DNA from: Candidatus Latescibacterota bacterium
Lineage (GTDB): Bacteria > Latescibacterota > UBA2968 > SICM01
NCBI GenBank assembly: GCA_965217865.1
Contig: CBDCJO010000002.1
Coordinates: forward strand, 1,792,001-1,856,000
Reading direction: 5' to 3'
Length of the DNA stretch: 64,000 nt
A program made the translations under genes and the position numbers. The notes under the pieces were generated by a model, which saw nothing but the letters and a program-made list of their open reading frames with translations, did not search any database and was not told the DNA's origin. This document shows positions 20,323 to 31,083 of this stretch, one piece after another; position 1 is the stretch's first letter, and each line of letters starts with the position of its first letter.

Positions 20323-20430
20323 TATCCTTTCTCCCTTTTTTTGGTTAAGTTGGTTGTTTTAACTACACTTAATATAACCAAAAAGGGACCGAAAGTCAAG
20401 CCTTAATCTGCTAATTCCCAAACTGAATAC

Positions 20431-21092
20431 GTGTTTTCCCAAGCGGCGTTACGATTGTTACCGTTATTGCCTACAGGCGCGGCACTGAAAGAGCGCTGGA
20501 ATATCGACCGCGGGCTTGCGATCGTCATTCCTCTCATCTGTTGTATATTTGCCAACGGCAGCGGCGAGGCTGTGACCCCCGATAACCCCTCTCGGGGACA
20601 TGTCGAACACGCCCCGCAGGACATGACCGGAGAGGCCGCCTCCCGCGAGAGGATCCGCCGCCGCCCGGCCTGGTGGCGCGCGACCGCATGGTTCGCACCC
20701 AGATTGAGAAACCAGGCTTTTTCACAACACCCGTCACCAGGCCATCGGTCCTGAACGCGATGCGAGCTGTGCCCAGGCACGTCTTCGTACCCGGACACGT
20801 TCGGGGAAACGCCTATGACAACACACCTCTTCCGATCGGTTACGGACAGACGATCTCCCAACCTTACATCGTGGCCATAATGACAGAACTTGTGGAAATC
20901 GGTCCGGATTCCAAGGTTCTCGAGATCGGCACGGGATCGGGTTATCAGGCGGCCGTGTTTGCACACCTTACCCCCCTCGTATACTCTCTTGAGATTCTTC
21001 AACCCCTGGCGGAACAATCAAGGAATACGCTCTATGGACAGGGATACGAGGTGATGCTTCGGCACGGGGACGGCTACTATGTTGGGGCTTGA
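20431..21092 (+). pseudogene. pcm: Protein-L-isoaspartate O-methyltransferase, frameshifted and C-terminally truncated
   Basis: VPRHVFVP, PIGYGQTISQPY, VLEIGTGSGYQAA; stops after HGDGY. Confidence 0.8.
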
Positions 21093-21267
21093 ACGGTTTC
21101 GCCTCTGTGTTGGCCCCCCCGATTGCGACCGCCATCGCCATGAACTATGGGTTTCGTTTCTCAGCGGGAATCGCAATGTGTCTCTACCTTCTGGCAGCTC
21201 TTGTGATCAAAAGGCTGCCCTGTCAACCCTCAATTCAGTCAATTTAGATTCTCGGAGGAAAAAGCCT

Positions 21268-22506
21268 ATGATGGTGCTTAACGCTGGTCAACCCGTGATC
21301 CTTGACCGGCACGATGGCTATCTGCATCTTCTCGAGGCAACCCACCATTACTGTTCGGTGGGCAAGGCTGCTGACGGGACGATCCTGGCGAGCTTTGGGA
21401 TGCATCCCGATATAAGGATGCCCGAGAACGTCTATGTTCCGGTTGACGTGGAAGGCAGCGATTACCCCCTGTACAAGTTTCGTCCCCGGGAGGCCTATCC
21501 GAACTATCGCTGGCCCCACGATGCGGCGACCTGTCGATCTGAAGACGGGGGACACACCTGGTCCGACCCCGTGGTCGGAGTCGGGTGTTTCGGAGTCGTC
21601 TCCGTGGGTGACAAGACCCTGTGCCCCGGGGGACGGCTTTGGCTCCTCGAACCCGGCCTTGCCGTCACCTTCTTCAGCGAGTCGGACGATAGCGGACTGT
21701 CCTGGAGTGACCGGCCCGGCGTTTTGTTTCACTTTCCGCCCGAACTGGATCTGGTCGTCTCGGAAACCTTCTATCCGGGGGTCAAGGTGGTGATGAATTT
21801 CGAGAACTGCGGAACGTTCAAAGTGGTTTCCGATGGTTCTATCGTGACCTTCGGCACGGCCGCGATGGAGCGCGATGGAAGACAATGGAAATTCCCGCTT
21901 ATGTTTCGAAGCACCGATGGGGGATTCCATTTCGAGTTCGTGGGATTTCCCACGGGAACAGAGCCACCCCTCGACCACGGGGGATTCGTGGAACCCGCCC
22001 TGACGGAGTTGCCCAGCGGGGACCTGCTGGCCGCTTTCCGCACGTCTTACCACAGGCCGGACCGGGTGATGATGCAATGCCGATCCTCGGATGGGGGTCG
22101 GACCTGGAGGGGGCCTGTCGTGTCCCCGGGCGTACCCCGCCATTACCCGCTCCGTGGTTTACAACCGATCCGCAACCAGGGAAAGATGTACTCGAATGCA
22201 GCCAATGTATCCCCCGGGTTGGCATCCCTCCCGAACGGCGTAGTCGTCATGGTATACGGACGTCCCGGCGTACACATCACCTTCAGCGAAGACGGTTCGG
22301 GGGACGAATGGACGGACCGCATCCCTGTGGTCCCGGAGAGATCCCTGTTCGGTATAAACTACGAAAGCTCGGACATGGCGGGGGTCATAGATGTGGGTGA
22401 AAATGAGTTGCTGATGGTTTATGATGTTTACAACTATCAGCCTCCGGAGGGAGGCCCTCAGGGAAATACTGTCTTCGCGCTACATATGACCGCAGAAAAG
22501 GATTGA
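21268..22506 (+). CDS. Sialidase-like BNR/Asp-box repeat protein
   Basis: Asp-boxes SEDGGHTW, SDDSGLSW, STDGG, SSDGGRTW; YGRPG. Confidence 0.8.
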   Translation: MMVLNAGQPVILDRHDGYLHLLEATHHYCSVGKAADGTILASFGMHPDIRMPENVYVPVDVEGSDYPLYKFRPREAYPNYRWPHDAATCRSEDGGHTWSDPVVGVGCFGVVSVGDKTLCPGGRLWLLEPGLAVTFFSESDDSGLSWSDRPGVLFHFPPELDLVVSETFYPGVKVVMNFENCGTFKVVSDGSIVTFGTAAMERDGRQWKFPLMFRSTDGGFHFEFVGFPTGTEPPLDHGGFVEPALTELPSGDLLAAFRTSYHRPDRVMMQCRSSDGGRTWRGPVVSPGVPRHYPLRGLQPIRNQGKMYSNAANVSPGLASLPNGVVVMVYGRPGVHITFSEDGSGDEWTDRIPVVPERSLFGINYESSDMAGVIDVGENELLMVYDVYNYQPPEGGPQGNTVFALHMTAEKD

Positions 22507-22510
22507 AGGC

Positions 22511-23182
22511 ATGATCGGGAACCTGATCTTGAGCGGAGGGGTGGCGCACGACTTTATTTCGACTTCATCTATTCTTGCGGATGTGCTGTCAGAAGTCGGA
22601 ATCGGGTCGGAGATCCACGAGGATTTCAGGGTTGTTGAGGAGGGCGCGATCCACAGATTTGACCTGCTCACCCTGAACTGCGTCCGATGGACCTGTGCGC
22701 ATACACCTCAATGGAAAGACGAGTGGGGATTCCGACTCTCGGAGAAATCAAAAGCCGGATTTCTGAGGTTCCTCGAAGAGGGAAAGGGGCTCCTCGCTCT
22801 GCACGCCGCAACCATCTGTTTCGACGACTGGCGTGAGTACAGGGAAATCCTCGGAGCCTGGTGGGAATGGGGGTCATCCGGACACGCTCCCCTGCAGGAA
22901 CACCGGATCCGGGTCAACTCCGGCAGACACCCCATCGTTCAGAACGTCGGGGATTTCGATGTGTTCGATGAACTTTACACCGACCCCGAAATAACGGACG
23001 AGGTTGATCCCCTGCTCGAAGGCGAGTGGGCGGGAAAGAAACACCCGGTCATGTGGGTGAGAAACTACGGAAAGGCACGGGTATGCTATAACGCCCTGGG
23101 CCACTGCCCCCGGGCATTCGGAAACCCGATGGTTCGACTGCTGTTCCAGCGCGGAGCGCTCTGGGTATGCGGGAAAGGGTAG
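22511..23182 (+). CDS. ThuA domain protein
   Basis: GGVAHDF, GKGLLALH, DELY, GKARVCYNALGH. Confidence 0.85.
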   Translation: MIGNLILSGGVAHDFISTSSILADVLSEVGIGSEIHEDFRVVEEGAIHRFDLLTLNCVRWTCAHTPQWKDEWGFRLSEKSKAGFLRFLEEGKGLLALHAATICFDDWREYREILGAWWEWGSSGHAPLQEHRIRVNSGRHPIVQNVGDFDVFDELYTDPEITDEVDPLLEGEWAGKKHPVMWVRNYGKARVCYNALGHCPRAFGNPMVRLLFQRGALWVCGKG

Positions 23183-23206
23183 GGATCGAGTTCGCAGAGA
23201 GGAAAT

Positions 23207-24394
23207 CTATTCATTTACACCTTCCGGAAAAATCTGGACCAAAATCTGTGGATGAGAAAGGCCCTCTGACCGCAACCGGTCATAAGTGGGGCGATGGGCC
23301 CAGGCTTTTCTCCCAGGCCCTCGAATATCGTATTTCTCCGGATAGCTCAGGGGTAGTTTCCCTTCTTCAATCATCAAGGCCATCGGATTGTCGGTGACCA
23401 AAAGAGGCAGTCGAACGACCTCGTGGTCCCGTGCGGACTGGTAGAGCGCCATCATGATCTCCATCGCCTTACGGGTCTGCACCCCCTCGCTCCGATATGC
23501 CGCCTCACCGTCCATCCACGCCTTCAGCCCTCGAGCCTGCGCCGCATAGGCCACGTGGAAAAACCCCTCCAGATCGGCTTTGTTCGCGCTGGTTTCGGTT
23601 TCAGGATCCCATGGAGTGGATAGAACTGCCTTCCCGCCAGTGCCGTTAATAAGTTGGACCTCTTCAGGCCCTACGATCATCACACCCTCCGCACCTTGTA
23701 TCGTGAAACCATCGGGTTCGTTTCGGGAAGAAAGATCCACCTGAATAAGGGACTGAACCCCTCCGGCATAGGCCGTCAACCCAAGACAGCAGTCCTCGAT
23801 CGGGACCTCTCGTTCCCAACGGTCCGACTTTCGCTCAACCGCCCCCATCACCCACTCGGCCTGAGGGTCCCCGAGGACATATCGAGTCCCATCTACGACG
23901 TGACTGCCCGTGTTGAGGAGGCCATCGATAACGTATCCCGTTGCCATCATCGGTTGACCGATCGCTCCCTGACCGATCAGCCTGCGGGCTTCGGTCCAAC
24001 CCGGATAAAATCGCCGCTGATGGGCGATTGCCAACTTCGTGTCGGAGGCCGTGCAGGCGGCGATCATCCGGTCGGCCTCCGCAAGGCTGCCCGACATCGG
24101 CTTTTCACAAAGCACTGCCTTGACACCGTGTTCATCCGCCATCACGGTCTGGGGCATATGGAGCAGGTGCCAGGTGCACACACTGACAATATCCAGAGAC
24201 TCCTGCTTCAACATCTCTTCCGGATCCGAATACATTTTCGGCACGGAGAATGATGTTTGGAAACTTCGCGATGTCTCGCCGTTGGGTTCCGCCCCTGCGA
24301 CGATCTCGAGGCCTTCCACACTCAGATACCCCTTGGCGTGCCGCTTCGCTATATTTCCGCAACCGATGATGCCGACTCGATATCCACCCGCCAT
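23207..24394 (-). CDS. Gfo/Idh/MocA oxidoreductase
   Basis: GIIGCG, LCEKP, HQRRF. Confidence 0.9.
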   Translation of the reverse strand: MAGGYRVGIIGCGNIAKRHAKGYLSVEGLEIVAGAEPNGETSRSFQTSFSVPKMYSDPEEMLKQESLDIVSVCTWHLLHMPQTVMADEHGVKAVLCEKPMSGSLAEADRMIAACTASDTKLAIAHQRRFYPGWTEARRLIGQGAIGQPMMATGYVIDGLLNTGSHVVDGTRYVLGDPQAEWVMGAVERKSDRWEREVPIEDCCLGLTAYAGGVQSLIQVDLSSRNEPDGFTIQGAEGVMIVGPEEVQLINGTGGKAVLSTPWDPETETSANKADLEGFFHVAYAAQARGLKAWMDGEAAYRSEGVQTRKAMEIMMALYQSARDHEVVRLPLLVTDNPMALMIEEGKLPLSYPEKYDIRGPGRKAWAHRPTYDRLRSEGLSHPQILVQIFPEGVNE

Positions 24395-24439
24395 CTCAAT
24401 CTCCTCGATAATATTCCGACCCCTGCTTGGGTTGCCTAT

Positions 24440-25525
24440 TCATGATTTGGCATTATATTCGGATCTTCCCGCGTAAATGCCGTCTGCGATCGCCTGGTCC
24501 GTCCACATCTCTTGAACCGTGATCATGGGTGTGGCACGCCCGAGCACGCACTCCAGGAAGTGAAGCACTTCTCTCCGAGTCCGCAATCTTGAATCATCCT
24601 TGAAAGATGTCCCAAGGTTCTGAGCCAACTCCTCGGTCCGGTCGACATAGTCCCCATCCTTCCAGGACAGCAGTCTGAGGGGTTTCAACGAGGCGTAGCC
24701 CTTGGTCCCCCAGACATCCACGCCCTTGTTGTCGATCTGTGGAGGCGTCAGCCACATCCCTTCGACCGAAAGGGTCACACCATCTTTGAAACGGGCGTAA
24801 CCCGACACCAGGTCCTCTGTATCGTAGGTATCTCGAACTTCCTCCAGATTTGGGGGCAAAGACGGAAGGTCAGAAAATCGTGAACAGACAAACCCATCCA
24901 CGGATACAAGGGTGGGACAACCCAGGAACCAGACCGCCAGGTCGATCACGTGAACAGCGGTGCTGGCCAGGGATCCCCCACCCGAAAGGGCCTTGATATA
25001 GTGAGGCCCCCAGGTGGGCACGCTTGCCTCGTGAGACCAGGCACGGGCAAACAGCGGACGGCCCAGTCCACCGTCTCGGATGAACCGATGAACCACCAGA
25101 GCGTCATCCCTGAAACGGAAGTTATAACCCACCATAAGGAGCTTGTCCGCGTCCTTCGCCGTCCGGAGCATCTCCTCTGCCTGGCCCAGGGAAGGCGCCA
25201 TCGGCTTGGCCGCGAGGACGTGCGAGCCGGCCTTCAGCGCCGCAACCGTCGCTGCGGGTCGCACATCCGCAAGGGTGCCGACCATGACGACATCGAGTTT
25301 CTCCGCCTCCACCATCTCCCGGTAATCCCGGTAAATCGCAGGTCTGGCGTGATTCTGTTCGTCAAGCAACTCGCTGGCGATCTTCTCCGCTTTTTCAGGA
25401 ACCGCGTCGCAAAGGGCTGCCAGATGAGCCTCCGGATGATCAACGATATTTCGGGCATAAGCGTTTCGACCAAAGCCCCCGCAACCGATGACGCCGACGC
25501 GAAGGGACCCTTCTCTACCGTTCAT
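24440..25525 (-). CDS. Gfo/Idh/MocA oxidoreductase
   Basis: GVIGCG, AAKPM, GYNFRF, SGGG..H. Confidence 0.88.
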   Translation of the reverse strand: MNGREGSLRVGVIGCGGFGRNAYARNIVDHPEAHLAALCDAVPEKAEKIASELLDEQNHARPAIYRDYREMVEAEKLDVVMVGTLADVRPAATVAALKAGSHVLAAKPMAPSLGQAEEMLRTAKDADKLLMVGYNFRFRDDALVVHRFIRDGGLGRPLFARAWSHEASVPTWGPHYIKALSGGGSLASTAVHVIDLAVWFLGCPTLVSVDGFVCSRFSDLPSLPPNLEEVRDTYDTEDLVSGYARFKDGVTLSVEGMWLTPPQIDNKGVDVWGTKGYASLKPLRLLSWKDGDYVDRTEELAQNLGTSFKDDSRLRTRREVLHFLECVLGRATPMITVQEMWTDQAIADGIYAGRSEYNAKS

Positions 25526-25773
25526 CCTGCCTCCTACACGTTGATTCCGAGGTGTGGGACCCTCGGGTGGTGGTGAGTGATGAGGACGTAATATAGAATC
25601 ATATTCATCCTTATGCACGATAAAAATCGGGGGTTCAAACGACCTTTTCCAATTCTACAAATTTCTTGACAGTGCACGGATATCCCTCTATGTTGACGGC
25701 CGCCCTGTTATTTTTGACGAGGGAGGGGAACTTCGTTTTTCCATTTCTTATTAATGGGAAGGAATGGAAGTAG

Positions 25774-26970
25774 ATGAGATACGACCTGCTGATAAAAGGC
25801 GGGACCTTAATCGACCCTTCGCAAGAGATCCACGCGACGAAGGACGTGGCTTTCGCAAACGGTCAAGTGGCGGAAGTGGGCGATGACCTGTCCCCGACGG
25901 ACGCGCGCGAGGTATTGGACGGGAGCGGATTCATCCTCACACCCGGGTTGATCGATCTGCACGTCCACGTATTTCCAGGCGTCAGCCATTATGGAATCGA
26001 CCCCGACCCCACATGTCTGGCCAGAGGGACAACCACCGTTGTCGATGCCGGCTCGGCCGGAGCGGATACGTTTGTTGGATTCCGGAAATACGTGATCGAT
26101 GTGAGTGATACCCGCATCTTCGCCCAACTCAACATCTCCTCGCAGGGAATGGTGACCAAGGATTTCGGGGAGCTTATAATCCCGGAACACGCGGATGTGG
26201 GCAAAGCGTGCGAGTTGATCGAACAGCATAGAGATGTGATCTTGGGGGTAAAGGTGCGTCTCACAAAAAACACCATTGTCAGTGAACAAGCCGGGATGAC
26301 CCCCCTGCTGCGGGCTCGCGAGGCGGCGGATGCGGCCGGCCTCCCGATCATGGTCCATCCTCAAGCCGCCTGGTGTGACTCGATCGACGATATCCTGGTC
26401 CATATGCGCGAACGGGATATCCTGACACACTGTTTCCACGGGATGGCCTGCGGAATTTTAGATGATGGAGGACGGGTTCGCACATCCGTCCACGAAGCGA
26501 TGGCGCGGGGCGTGATATTCGATGTGGGGCACGGAGCTGGCTCTTTTAAATGGGAGGTGGTCGAAACAGCCATGGAGCAGGATATCCACGCGCAGACCAT
26601 CTCCTCCGACCTGCACAAATACAACCTCAACGGACCGGTGTACGACCTTGCGGATGTCGTAAGCAAGTTCCTCCATCTCGGCTTGTCCCTGGACGATGCG
26701 ATTGCAAAAGCGACCCAGGTCCCCGCCCGGGTCATCGGGATGGAAGATAAGATCGGAACCCTATCTGTGGGCGCGTGGGGAGATGCGGTTCTGTTCGAAT
26801 TGCGAGACGGCGATTTTCGGATGGCCGACATCGAGGGAACTGTGCGAATCGGCAAACAAAGGCTCGAGCCCCTTACGGTCATCAAAGGCGGCCGTGTTTA
26901 TCGGAGAAAATGTCATCCAGCGGAACGGGGGGAGTCCGGTCCCACCCGACGTCTTGACACAAGGCCTTGA
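25774..26970 (+). CDS. Amidohydrolase/deacetylase (dihydroorotase-like metallo-hydrolase)
   Basis: PGLIDLHVH, VDAGSAG, GVKVR, MVH, THCF, DVGHG, ISSD. Confidence 0.88.
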   Translation: MRYDLLIKGGTLIDPSQEIHATKDVAFANGQVAEVGDDLSPTDAREVLDGSGFILTPGLIDLHVHVFPGVSHYGIDPDPTCLARGTTTVVDAGSAGADTFVGFRKYVIDVSDTRIFAQLNISSQGMVTKDFGELIIPEHADVGKACELIEQHRDVILGVKVRLTKNTIVSEQAGMTPLLRAREAADAAGLPIMVHPQAAWCDSIDDILVHMRERDILTHCFHGMACGILDDGGRVRTSVHEAMARGVIFDVGHGAGSFKWEVVETAMEQDIHAQTISSDLHKYNLNGPVYDLADVVSKFLHLGLSLDDAIAKATQVPARVIGMEDKIGTLSVGAWGDAVLFELRDGDFRMADIEGTVRIGKQRLEPLTVIKGGRVYRRKCHPAERGESGPTRRLDTRP

Positions 26971-27062
26971 CTCGCGACGGTTATCGATTATATTCATTAT
27001 CCTTAGAAAGGTTCAAGACCCTTCCAATCAAGACCTGTCACACCTTCGGAGGCCCAGGCAAC

Positions 27063-27695
27063 ATGAGAGAAGATACGGACGTGAGATATGAAGACGATGA
27101 CGAGGATGAGGACGAGGAGCAGGAAGACAAGAAGAAAGATAATTCCTTCGACGGCGACCTCGGCAAACAACTGATGAAGTCCCGTACCATCATGTTCACG
27201 GACACTGTCGATTCAAAAATCGCAACCCGCATCACCGCCCAACTCCTCCTTCTTGATCAGGAGGATCACAAAAAACCGATCCGAATGTTTATCAATTCGC
27301 CCGGCGGACACGCCGATAGTGGATTCGCCATTTATGATCTGATAAGATTCATTCAGGCACCGGTAAAAATCATCGTGGCGGGAATCGCGGCCAGCGCAGC
27401 GGCGATCGTACTTGTCGGAGCGAAGAAGGAGAATCGATTCTCACTCCCGAACTCCAGGATCCTCGTCCATCAGCCGATGGTCATGTTCGGGGGTGTAGCC
27501 GCGGACGTCAAAATCGGCGCAGAACAAATCATCAAGATGAGAGAGCGGGGAAATCAAATCATCGCAGAGGCTACCGGACAACCGCTCGAAAAAGTGGCGG
27601 ACGATACGGATCGGGACTTTTGGCTCACCGCCCAGGATGCAATCGAATACGGTCTTATCAGCAAAATCATCTCAAACCACCGAGATCTGAAATAA
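27063..27695 (+). CDS. clpP: ATP-dependent Clp protease proteolytic subunit
   Basis: INSPGG, AAS, HQP, DRD; acidic N-terminus. Confidence 0.9.
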   Translation: MREDTDVRYEDDDEDEDEEQEDKKKDNSFDGDLGKQLMKSRTIMFTDTVDSKIATRITAQLLLLDQEDHKKPIRMFINSPGGHADSGFAIYDLIRFIQAPVKIIVAGIAASAAAIVLVGAKKENRFSLPNSRILVHQPMVMFGGVAADVKIGAEQIIKMRERGNQIIAEATGQPLEKVADDTDRDFWLTAQDAIEYGLISKIISNHRDLK

Positions 27696-27733
27696 CGGTC
27701 CCAGGTTTTCAAGTTCAGGGAAATTCTTCTCGT

Positions 27734-28057
27734 TTACGTTTCATGTTTTCCCTGGTCTTCTTTCCACTGCCTGTCCATTCTGTAGACAAAGGCCAGGACC
27801 TCGGCAACCACCTTGTAGAGTTCGGCCGGAATCTCCGCACCCAAGTCAAGACGACACAAGATCTCCACCAGCGAAGGGTCCTCGTGAATCGGAATGCCGG
27901 CTTCCCGGGCCAGGGCCAGAATCCGCTCAGCAACCCGCCCCCGTCCCGCAGCCGTCAGTCGGGGTGCTGCGTCCTCCTCGCGCTTATATCGTAAAGCTGC
28001 GGCGGCCTTTCGCCGATCGGTCTCTGTCAACTCTTGAATTTTATCTTTTTCTTCCAT
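27734..28057 (-). CDS. EscU/YscU/FlhB C-terminal-like small protein
   Basis: AAALRY, AP...A.G.G..AERI, IP.ELY.VVAEVLAFVY. Confidence 0.88.
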   Translation of the reverse strand: MEEKDKIQELTETDRRKAAAALRYKREEDAAPRLTAAGRGRVAERILALAREAGIPIHEDPSLVEILCRLDLGAEIPAELYKVVAEVLAFVYRMDRQWKEDQGKHET

Positions 28058-28123
28058 TCAGAATTCCGAAATCTGACTATTGCTTTTCTCTTTGATTTTG
28101 AATTCTGACGCCTGATCCTGCAT

Positions 28124-28471
28124 TCAGCTTTTTACCTTCACCCTGGCTCCTGCCTCTCCTGTATTCTGCTTCTCCTCTTCTTTTTTGAGTCTCTCCGAAA
28201 TCTTTTCCAGAAATTTCAATCCCCGTTTCGGATGCTGTCCATACCAGTCGATCGTCCGCTCTACATCTTCCACATCCAGCCCACTGGCTTCAAAAAGTTT
28301 CATCCGTAGAATTTGTAACGAGTCGGAGGAAGCGGCATATCTCCCATTCAGGCGCTCCACCTGCACATAAAGATCCACAAGCCGATCCTCGGCGACCGGT
28401 GGCTCCGGTTCGGGCTTAGAACAACCATAAAGAAAGCTCGAAATCACCAAAACAAGAAACAACGACTTCAT
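28124..28471 (-). CDS. Lipoprotein (DUF4296-like)
   Basis: Lipobox LYGC; WY..HP motif. Confidence 0.55.
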   Translation of the reverse strand: MKSLFLVLVISSFLYGCSKPEPEPPVAEDRLVDLYVQVERLNGRYAASSDSLQILRMKLFEASGLDVEDVERTIDWYGQHPKRGLKFLEKISERLKKEEEKQNTGEAGARVKVKS

Positions 28472-28620
28472 GCCTCAAAGCCAAGGGGGGTTATAAATTC
28501 GCTGCGCAATCCGATTCTTCGTTAGAAGTCTTCGGCCACGCTCGACCTCGTGCGAGCCGTATAACGTACAGAGCTGATCGCTTTTTGGAGTTCGCTCCAA
28601 CGCGTGGTTAGACGTCATAG

Positions 28621-28986
28621 CTACGCTGGCTGAAAGAGCTCAACTACGTTACCAGAAGGGTCTTTACAGAGAATCTGTTTGCCACCCGGCCCCTCTACAA
28701 TATCGTTTCTGAATCTTACACCATCGTTCGTGAGCTTTGAAACGAGGGATTCCAAATCGTCGACAGTCAAGACGAACCTAGACCAGCCTCCCGGACTGGG
28801 TTTAGCGCCATCTGGCATTGGTCTGGACGCAGATGCTTTTGGCCCCGCAACTCACAGCGTCAAGTCGCCATGTACCAAGATTGCCATCGCAGGGCCGTAT
28901 TGCTGTTCGAGTTCAAAGCCAAGCTTTGAGACATAGAAGGCAACGGCATCTGATACGTCATCTACGATGTACCTTACATGTGCCAT
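28621..28986 (-). pseudogene. VOC/glyoxalase family protein interrupted by an in-frame TGA (28852-28854)
   Basis: MAHVRYIVDDV..AVAFY...GDLTL*VAGP...GPGGKQIL..DPSGNVVELF. Confidence 0.75.
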
Positions 28987-29477
28987 CCTTTTGGCTCCTT
29001 TGCGGGTATAGAGGGTCTCCGCACTCAAATAAATTGGGTCCTAATGCACAGAAATTGGACACTCGGTCAGGTTGGAAGAATCGGGCGATGTCATAATTAT
29101 TTGAGGTACAGCCTGTTCTAAAGACACCAGAGTTAAATAAAATTCATCCCACAAAGATACCGTCAATCCAAAGGACTGTCAAGAAAGCACCGGCTTGATG
29201 CAGGCTTATATCCCTTGAGTAATTTGAAATTTGAGGAATAAAAGAGGAAAAAGTATTGATTGACAAAGAAGAGAAAAAATTGTAAGGTATGTATTCTATA
29301 TTAGAAATTTGGTCTCCAGACCAGGATTCCTGGTAAGTCCATTGGTTATATCAGCGTTACAAAAATATAGGCTCCCTTCGGAGGCCCCATTCCGAAGTGG
29401 GGGTCCGTCAAAAAGACGCTCCTTGGCCGCTCAGGTCAAGGAGCGTTTGTGTTTATTCTAGGAGGTCAGGAAATCCC

Positions 29478-30935
29478 ATGCCAAAATTCGTCAAAGAAGC
29501 CCTTACCTTCAATGACGTCATGCTCGTCCCGGGCAGATCGGATGTCCTCCCCAAAGACGCAGACACCGGCACACGGTTAACCAATCGAATCCGGCTCAAC
29601 ATCCCCCTGGTCAGCGCTGCTATGGACACGGTGACGGAGGCCAGGTTGGCCGTGGCTATCGCCCAGGATGGAGGAATCGGGATCATCCACAAGAACATGT
29701 CGATTGCGGATCAGGCCGGTGAGGTGGAGAAAGTAAAACGGTCAGAGAGCGGGATGATCGTCGATCCGATCACACTCTCTCCAACCGATTCCATACACAA
29801 GGCGCTGGAGTTGATGCAGCAGTTTCACATTTCCGGTGTCCCGATTGTTCATGCCGGACGCCTCGTCGGCATTCTGACGAACCGGGATCTCCGATTTGAG
29901 AGGAACATGGACCAGCCCATCGAGGAAGTGATGACGAAAGACAATCTCGTTACCGCGCCTCTGGGAATAACCCTCGATGAGGCAACGGAGATTCTGCACC
30001 AGAATCGAATCGAGAAATTGCCGGTCGTGGATGAAGCGGGAATTCTCAAGGGCTTGATCACCGTCAAAGACATCCAGAAGAAGATTCAGTATCCACACGC
30101 CTGTGTGGACGAAATCGGTCGGCTCCGGGTGGGGGCAGCCGTCGGCGCGAGCCAGGACGCCGAACAACGCATTGAACCACTCCTTGAAAGAGATGTCGAT
30201 GTTATCGTCGTAGATTCGGCTCACGGACACTCGAAAGGGGTCCTCGATACCGTCGAGCATGTTCGAAACAAACATCCCGATATCGATCTAATTGCAGGGA
30301 ACATCGCAACAAAAGAGGCCGCACAGGATCTCATCTCCGCGGGGGTCGATGCGATCAAGGTCGGTATGGGACCCTCTGCTATTTGTACGACCCGGATCGT
30401 TGCCGGAACAGGCGTTCCTCAGATCACCGCCGTGTTGGACTGTGCCGAAGTTGCAGAGAAACAAGATATCCCGGTTATCTCCGATGGCGGCATTGCGCAT
30501 TCTGGAGACATCCCAAAGGCCATCGCAGCAGGTGCTTCAACGGTGATGATCGGATACCTCTTCTCTGGAACGGATGAGAGCCCCGGAGAGACCATCATCT
30601 ACCAGGGTCGCACCTTCAAGGTATATCGCGGAATGGGTTCGCTATCTGCGATGGAACGGGGAAGCGGTGACCGATATTTCCAGGGTGGTGAGGAACCATC
30701 AAAAATGGTCGCCGAAGGGATTGAAGGCCGGGTCCCTTACAAGGGATCGCTATCGGGTTATATATACCAGTTGGTGGGCGGACTCCGGGCAGGCATGGGT
30801 TACTGCGGGGTGAAAACGGTCGAGGAATTGCGAAAAAACGGACAGTTCGTGAAAGTGACACACGCCGGCGTTCAGGAGAGCCACCCCCACGATATCGCGA
30901 TAACAAAAGAGGCCCCGAATTACCGACTGGATTGA
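29478..30935 (+). CDS. guaB: IMP dehydrogenase
   Basis: [12 protein letters not shown] pair, [32 protein letters not shown]. Confidence 0.97.
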   Translation: MPKFVKEALTFNDVMLVPGRSDVLPKDADTGTRLTNRIRLNIPLVSAAMDTVTEARLAVAIAQDGGIGIIHKNMSIADQAGEVEKVKRSESGMIVDPITLSPTDSIHKALELMQQFHISGVPIVHAGRLVGILTNRDLRFERNMDQPIEEVMTKDNLVTAPLGITLDEATEILHQNRIEKLPVVDEAGILKGLITVKDIQKKIQYPHACVDEIGRLRVGAAVGASQDAEQRIEPLLERDVDVIVVDSAHGHSKGVLDTVEHVRNKHPDIDLIAGNIATKEAAQDLISAGVDAIKVGMGPSAICTTRIVAGTGVPQITAVLDCAEVAEKQDIPVISDGGIAHSGDIPKAIAAGASTVMIGYLFSGTDESPGETIIYQGRTFKVYRGMGSLSAMERGSGDRYFQGGEEPSKMVAEGIEGRVPYKGSLSGYIYQLVGGLRAGMGYCGVKTVEELRKNGQFVKVTHAGVQESHPHDIAITKEAPNYRLD

Positions 30936-31083
30936 GACAGTGGCAGTAGTGGCAGTGGCAGTAGGATTTGTAGTAGTAGTAGGAAAATAGTTGATTCTAT
31001 TCCTCAAATGATACTGTTTTTTTTCCCCCCCGACCCCTGATCCCCAATCCCCAGACCCTTCATTTCACGTTTTTGGGAATTTC

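Larger units (their letters stand above)
17778..20419. mobile_element. IS1595-family element carrying passenger genes (MTase-HNH and a hypothetical)
   Basis: 25-bp perfect inverted repeat AATTAGCAGATTAAGGCTTGACTTT at 17781-17805 and 20392-20416; flanks AAACTTAA (17770-17777) and AAACTGAA (20420-20427) form a 7/8 target duplication. Confidence 0.88.

Noticed and set aside
28852-28854. In-frame TGA in the VOC gene as selenocysteine, given the nearby tRNA-Sec
   Set aside because: The position appears to correspond to Trp (LWxAGP), not Cys, and no convincing SECIS follows; TGG to TGA nonsense or error is simpler
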